DNA of 64,000 bases. It comes from Desulfomonilia bacterium (lineage in GTDB: Bacteria > Desulfobacterota > Desulfomonilia > UBA1062). The DNA is taken from positions 32,001-96,000 of the forward strand of contig JBEKDT010000013.1 of the NCBI GenBank assembly GCA_050014195.1. Direction: 5' to 3'. The translations under genes and the position numbers were made by a program. A model generated the notes under the pieces. That model saw nothing but the letters and a program-made list of their open reading frames with translations, was not told the origin of the DNA and searched no databases. Shown in pieces: positions 59,805 through 64,000 of this stretch (position 1 is its first letter; each line of letters starts with the position of its first letter).

Positions 59805-60953
59805 ATGGGAGATGAAAGGATAAGGATACCGTTTAACAAACCCTTCATTGCAGGCAAGGAGCTCTACAACATCGCCCAGGCAGTGCTCAAGGGACACCTT
59901 GCCGGAGATGGGCACTTTACAAAACTCTGTCATACTTGGCTAGAAGAAAAGCTTGGCACAAGGAAAGCCCTGCTTACCCATTCTTGTACAGCAGCCCTTG
60001 AGATGTGCGCGATCCTGTGTGACATCACCCCGGGTGATGAGATCATAGTGCCATCATTCACTTTTGTTTCAACGGTCAATGCCTTTGTGCTCAGGGGAGG
60101 TGTACCGGTATTCGTAGATATAAGGTCCGATACCCTGAACATAGATGAAAAGAGGATTGATGACGCAATCACCAGGAAAACCAAGGTGATCGTTCCTGTA
60201 CATTACGCAGGTGTCCCTTGTGCCATGGATGAGATAATGCGCCTGGCCGAAAAACATAATCTGCTCGTTGTGGAAGATGCTGCACAGGCCCTGCTTTCTA
60301 CCTACAAGGGAAAGTGTCTGGGTGCAATAGGGCATTTGGGTGCATTGAGTTTTCACGAAACAAAGAACATTATCAGCGGAGAGGGTGGGGCGCTGCTGGT
60401 GAACGATGATCGATTCATAAAACGTTCTGAGATCATCAGGGAAAAAGGCACTGACAGGGCACAGTTTTTCAGGGGGGAGATCGACAAATACAGTTGGGTG
60501 GACATTGGCTCCTCATATCTTCCCAGTGAACTTATTGGCGCATTCCTCTATGCACAGATGGAACAGGCTGAGCAAATTATAGCCAAACGCCGAGGTATTT
60601 TCGATCTGTATTATTCTTTGCTAAGACCCCTTGAAGAGAAGGAACTTATCCGACTTCCATATATAACAACCAGTGATTGCTCATGTAACGGGCACATATT
60701 CTATATCATCATGAATTCTCTTGGAGACCGCACTAAACTTATAAAATATTTGAAGAAGAATGACATATTATCAGTCTTTCACTATGTGCCCTTACATTCA
60801 TCTCCTGCCGGAATTAAATATGGCAGAATTGCTGGGAGTATGGATGTTACGAATGACATCAGCGAAAGATTGCTCAGGTTGCCAATTTATTATGAGATGG
60901 AAGATGTTGATGTCATATATGTTGTTGATAGGGTTAAGAACTTTTTTAGCTGA
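59805..60953 (+). CDS. rffA: dTDP-4-amino-4,6-dideoxygalactose transaminase (WecE/RffA)
   Basis: IPFNKP, GDGHFT, SCTAALEM, PSFTFVST, VHYAG, EDAAQ, SFHETKN, GSSYLPSE, VFHYVPLH. Start 59805 (ORF track 59784). Confidence 0.92.
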   Translation: MGDERIRIPFNKPFIAGKELYNIAQAVLKGHLAGDGHFTKLCHTWLEEKLGTRKALLTHSCTAALEMCAILCDITPGDEIIVPSFTFVSTVNAFVLRGGVPVFVDIRSDTLNIDEKRIDDAITRKTKVIVPVHYAGVPCAMDEIMRLAEKHNLLVVEDAAQALLSTYKGKCLGAIGHLGALSFHETKNIISGEGGALLVNDDRFIKRSEIIREKGTDRAQFFRGEIDKYSWVDIGSSYLPSELIGAFLYAQMEQAEQIIAKRRGIFDLYYSLLRPLEEKELIRLPYITTSDCSCNGHIFYIIMNSLGDRTKLIKYLKKNDILSVFHYVPLHSSPAGIKYGRIAGSMDVTNDISERLLRLPIYYEMEDVDVIYVVDRVKNFFS

Positions 60954-60979
60954 ATGGTCAAATTTTAATAGAATATATA

Positions 60980-63742
60980 ATGGTGGGATCACCAAGTACT
61001 AGTATTAGTGAGAAGAATTTATGTTATGAGGGGATATGCTTGGACAATAGCCATAGTAGCAAAGAAATGAATAATTCTAATTCTATCTTACCCAAGCCCT
61101 TCATTTTCTATTTCATTATCATTATTCTTCCTTTTCTAATGTTTTTTTGGATGATACCTTTTATTGGCAACATTACTTTAGGTAATGATTATACTCTTTA
61201 CCCAACTGCACATCAAATGGAGCTTATGTTCTCCATAAAGACTGGATCTTTTCCTCTTTACATTCCTGGCTTCGCAGGTGGTCAATCTTCTTCAGCACTA
61301 ACTCTAGGGCAAATATTTCATCCCATATCCTGGATCTCTGCGCATATGCCTGGATATTGGGATGGGAAAGCCTTGGAATGGAATACTCTTTTCCGATTGC
61401 TCTCTCTCGGTTTAACCCAATTATTGTTATTTGAATTTTTACGGAGATTGAAATTTAATAACCTTGTCTCTTTTTTACTTTCCTTTGTGACAGTTTATAA
61501 TCTTCGAATGCTCGATTTATTTCGTTATGGAGCATCACTTGAAAGTTGGACAGGGCATCTGCTTCTTTGTACTGCAATCGGATTATATTATCTTAACCAG
61601 AAGGGCGGTTGGAAAGAACCTTTATTTATCATCGGATCAACGTACTGGCTTGTCTGTAGTGGTCATCCACAAATGATGTATTACGGTTTGCTCGGTGCCG
61701 GTCTTTTTGCTTTAATAATACCATATTTTGTGTCGATTTTCTTGCCGGAAAAAGGTGTTGAGATAAAAAATCTGATCAGATTTTGGGGGAAGACGGCCCT
61801 TTTTTGTTGTGCAGGGATTGTACTATCATCTGCATACATAGTTCCCTTTTATTTTGACTTTATGACAACTTCAGCAAGGATTGGAAAGAGTTATGAATGG
61901 GCCAATATGTATTATACTGACACATTTATAGGAACAATAAACAATTTTTTCCAGCCCCTCAGGACTACAGTGGACGGGAATTTCGGTGGAACATCATTAT
62001 TCATCATTCCTGCACTAATACCTTTATTATTATTTCTTCGTGTAAGAGTTCCACGTGTCATTTGGGCAACATGGATATTAGTCCTTTTTGCATTTTTACA
62101 TATGCAGGGTGATAGAACACCGGTTCATTATATTGTTTGGAAATGCTTGCCCTTAGCTTCTTCATTTAGGGTTGCAGGTAGGATCGCAATGATCATCCCT
62201 ATATTGTTAATGTTAATGCTTGCTTGGTTATTTCGATCAAATTCTCCTGCATCAACATCAATAAATAAAAAATTAAAAGTTAATCCTGTAATGATCTTAG
62301 CTTGCATAGGTATGCTATTAATCACAGTGTACAACTTAATCCCAAACTCTATTACTTCGAATACACATGAGTTCTGTCCGGCAAATATACATCTAATTCC
62401 AAACAGTATAATGATACTTTACATTATATTGGGGATGCTTGCTCTCCTAACATTTTGTATACATAATATCTTTAGTAACAAAAAATACATTACAGAATTT
62501 ATATTGTGCATAATTACTTGCATACAGGTTATGATACTTTTGGGATGTGGTACATGGATGGAATACAAGAAGGATACTCCCAATTTCCAGTCGATGACCT
62601 TTCAAAAAATTAAGGGGCTTGATTACCAAGGTAAAACAGGGGTGGGATTAAATCAAGCCATCATTATGAAGCAAGTAGAACGATCATATCTGGAACCCTT
62701 TCTTGGGAAGTTTTATTCTCAGCATATTAATGCTCAAAGCAATGAAGATGCCTATTCAATAATGGAAAGAGGTCGTACTCCAGATCAAGTTGTTTTAGAA
62801 GGATATAACCCTAAGAATAATAAACTAGAAAATAGGCAATTAGCTGAGAAAACTTCAGGCCATGTGAAATTGATTTATAGTTCTTTTAACCGGTTGATCT
62901 TTGAAGTCTCTTCCTTAAAACCTGGCTTTTTAGGCCTTTCCTACCCATACAATGGGCATTGGAGAGCAATACTTAAGAAGCAGTATGTTCCAGTTTATAG
63001 GGCTAATGGTGCTTCACATGCTGTATATGTACCTGCTGGTACCAATCTTGTTGAATTCAGATATTGGAGCACTGCTGCTTTTGTTGGAATAGTTTTAAGC
63101 TGTTCTATGATTATCATTATTGGATTTATTTTCATGCATAGATTTTCAACAAAAAATGTAGGATATGTATTCACAATTTTATCCCTTATTTTTAGTATAA
63201 GTATTTTTATTATTTGGTATTATAGCTTGTATACAGGCAAAAACCTTAATACGGTTTATACATGGGAATCTTCTCCTGAAACTTATAATAATCTTGCTTA
63301 TAGTAAGAGGACTGAAATGTCGTCTTCAACACTAATACCTGATTCTTTACTCAATGATCCAGGTACAGCTTATCTAAAACAATATCCATATCTGTATACT
63401 AGTGGCAAAGCTGTCGATGGTGATCGATCTCCAAAATCTGGTTTTATTACAGCTTTAGTAAACCAACCATGGTGGAGGGTAGATCTAAATCGTGTAGAGA
63501 ATATTGGTTCTATCGTTATTTATGAATCTCTTATAGGCGATAACTGGAATGTACGTCCGTTGATGTTGGCATATTCAAATGATAAAATCACATGGGGAGT
63601 AATGAAATTTTCTAATTCTGGGCCAAAAATTTGGCTTCATTTTAATAAACCTATAACTGCTCGATATGTTGAGATAATGTCTTCTGGATATTGTAAGCTC
63701 TCCTTTGATGAAGTAGAGATTTATCCCCTAATTGAAAGATAA
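60980..63742 (+). CDS. YfhO-like GT-C membrane protein with C-terminal discoidin (F5/8 type C)-like domain
   Basis: Multi-TM with GND, SGHPQ; YfhO-like YNGHWRA..VYRAN..AVYVPAGTNLVEFRY; C-terminal KAVDGD..PWWRVDL..ARYV..EVEIY. Start uncertain (possibly 61067). Confidence 0.72.
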   Translation: MVGSPSTSISEKNLCYEGICLDNSHSSKEMNNSNSILPKPFIFYFIIIILPFLMFFWMIPFIGNITLGNDYTLYPTAHQMELMFSIKTGSFPLYIPGFAGGQSSSALTLGQIFHPISWISAHMPGYWDGKALEWNTLFRLLSLGLTQLLLFEFLRRLKFNNLVSFLLSFVTVYNLRMLDLFRYGASLESWTGHLLLCTAIGLYYLNQKGGWKEPLFIIGSTYWLVCSGHPQMMYYGLLGAGLFALIIPYFVSIFLPEKGVEIKNLIRFWGKTALFCCAGIVLSSAYIVPFYFDFMTTSARIGKSYEWANMYYTDTFIGTINNFFQPLRTTVDGNFGGTSLFIIPALIPLLLFLRVRVPRVIWATWILVLFAFLHMQGDRTPVHYIVWKCLPLASSFRVAGRIAMIIPILLMLMLAWLFRSNSPASTSINKKLKVNPVMILACIGMLLITVYNLIPNSITSNTHEFCPANIHLIPNSIMILYIILGMLALLTFCIHNIFSNKKYITEFILCIITCIQVMILLGCGTWMEYKKDTPNFQSMTFQKIKGLDYQGKTGVGLNQAIIMKQVERSYLEPFLGKFYSQHINAQSNEDAYSIMERGRTPDQVVLEGYNPKNNKLENRQLAEKTSGHVKLIYSSFNRLIFEVSSLKPGFLGLSYPYNGHWRAILKKQYVPVYRANGASHAVYVPAGTNLVEFRYWSTAAFVGIVLSCSMIIIIGFIFMHRFSTKNVGYVFTILSLIFSISIFIIWYYSLYTGKNLNTVYTWESSPETYNNLAYSKRTEMSSSTLIPDSLLNDPGTAYLKQYPYLYTSGKAVDGDRSPKSGFITALVNQPWWRVDLNRVENIGSIVIYESLIGDNWNVRPLMLAYSNDKITWGVMKFSNSGPKIWLHFNKPITARYVEIMSSGYCKLSFDEVEIYPLIER

Positions 63743-63831
63743 AAATGATATGGGATTCATCATAATCTAGCATGAAACTCAGGCCATCACCTATCAAGTA
63801 ATAATTGTTTTATGAAGCTAAGGATGCAGAG

Positions 63832-64000
63832 ATGCCAGGTTCCTATCTGAAAGATAAGAAAATGTTATTTCACGATGAGCTGGGATCGAAAAAAATTTGG
63901 GATGATTTTGCAAACAACTATGAGACAGTTCGAAGGTTGCATCTAGTCTTTGGAACATTTATTAACCCATCTGATTTGAATGGGAGTCTTTTCCTTGATG
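63832..64000 (+). CDS. Partial ORF, probable class I methyltransferase, cut by the window edge
   Basis: MPGSYLKDKKMLFHDELGSKKIWDDFANNYETVRRLHLVFGTFINPSDLNGSLFLD.. stays open to the end and stops where a motif I (LDxG) would begin. Confidence 0.5.
   Translation, partial: MPGSYLKDKKMLFHDELGSKKIWDDFANNYETVRRLHLVFGTFINPSDLNGSLFLD

Overview
Bacterial (Gram-negative, probably deltaproteobacterial; inferred from gene style, not checked) cell-surface locus with no rRNA, tRNA, CRISPR or intact transposase. Positions 1-6.1 kb hold a regulator with 7 tandem PAS domains that runs off the left edge and is missing from the ORF track, an outer-membrane beta-barrel and a lipoprotein. Positions 6.5-13.4 kb hold a sigma54/IHF-type operon: three secreted DUF6160/FilA-like proteins, each with a double-glycine-like leader behind its signal peptide, then a stand-alone C39 peptidase, a FapF-like barrel and a FadL-like barrel. 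This reads as a Fil/Fap-related fibre secretion system. It is followed by an internally deleted GxxExxY element with perfect 23-bp inverted ends and a beta-propeller gene, and the block is bracketed by two inverted REP/MITE-like palindromes. Positions 15.5-64 kb form a large glycosylation island: dTDP-rhamnose, GDP-fucose and dTDP-4-amino-sugar enzymes, Wzx, about 8 methyltransferases, 5 acyltransferases, a probable ribofuranosyltransferase fusion, four polyprenol-phosphate sugar loaders and six GT-C-type membrane enzymes. Five of the six carry TPRs and three are clearly TMTC-like. Best hypothesis: a modular lipid-linked protein glycosylation system, possibly decorating the adjacent C39-matured fibre. 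All assignments come from motif reading; no searches were run.
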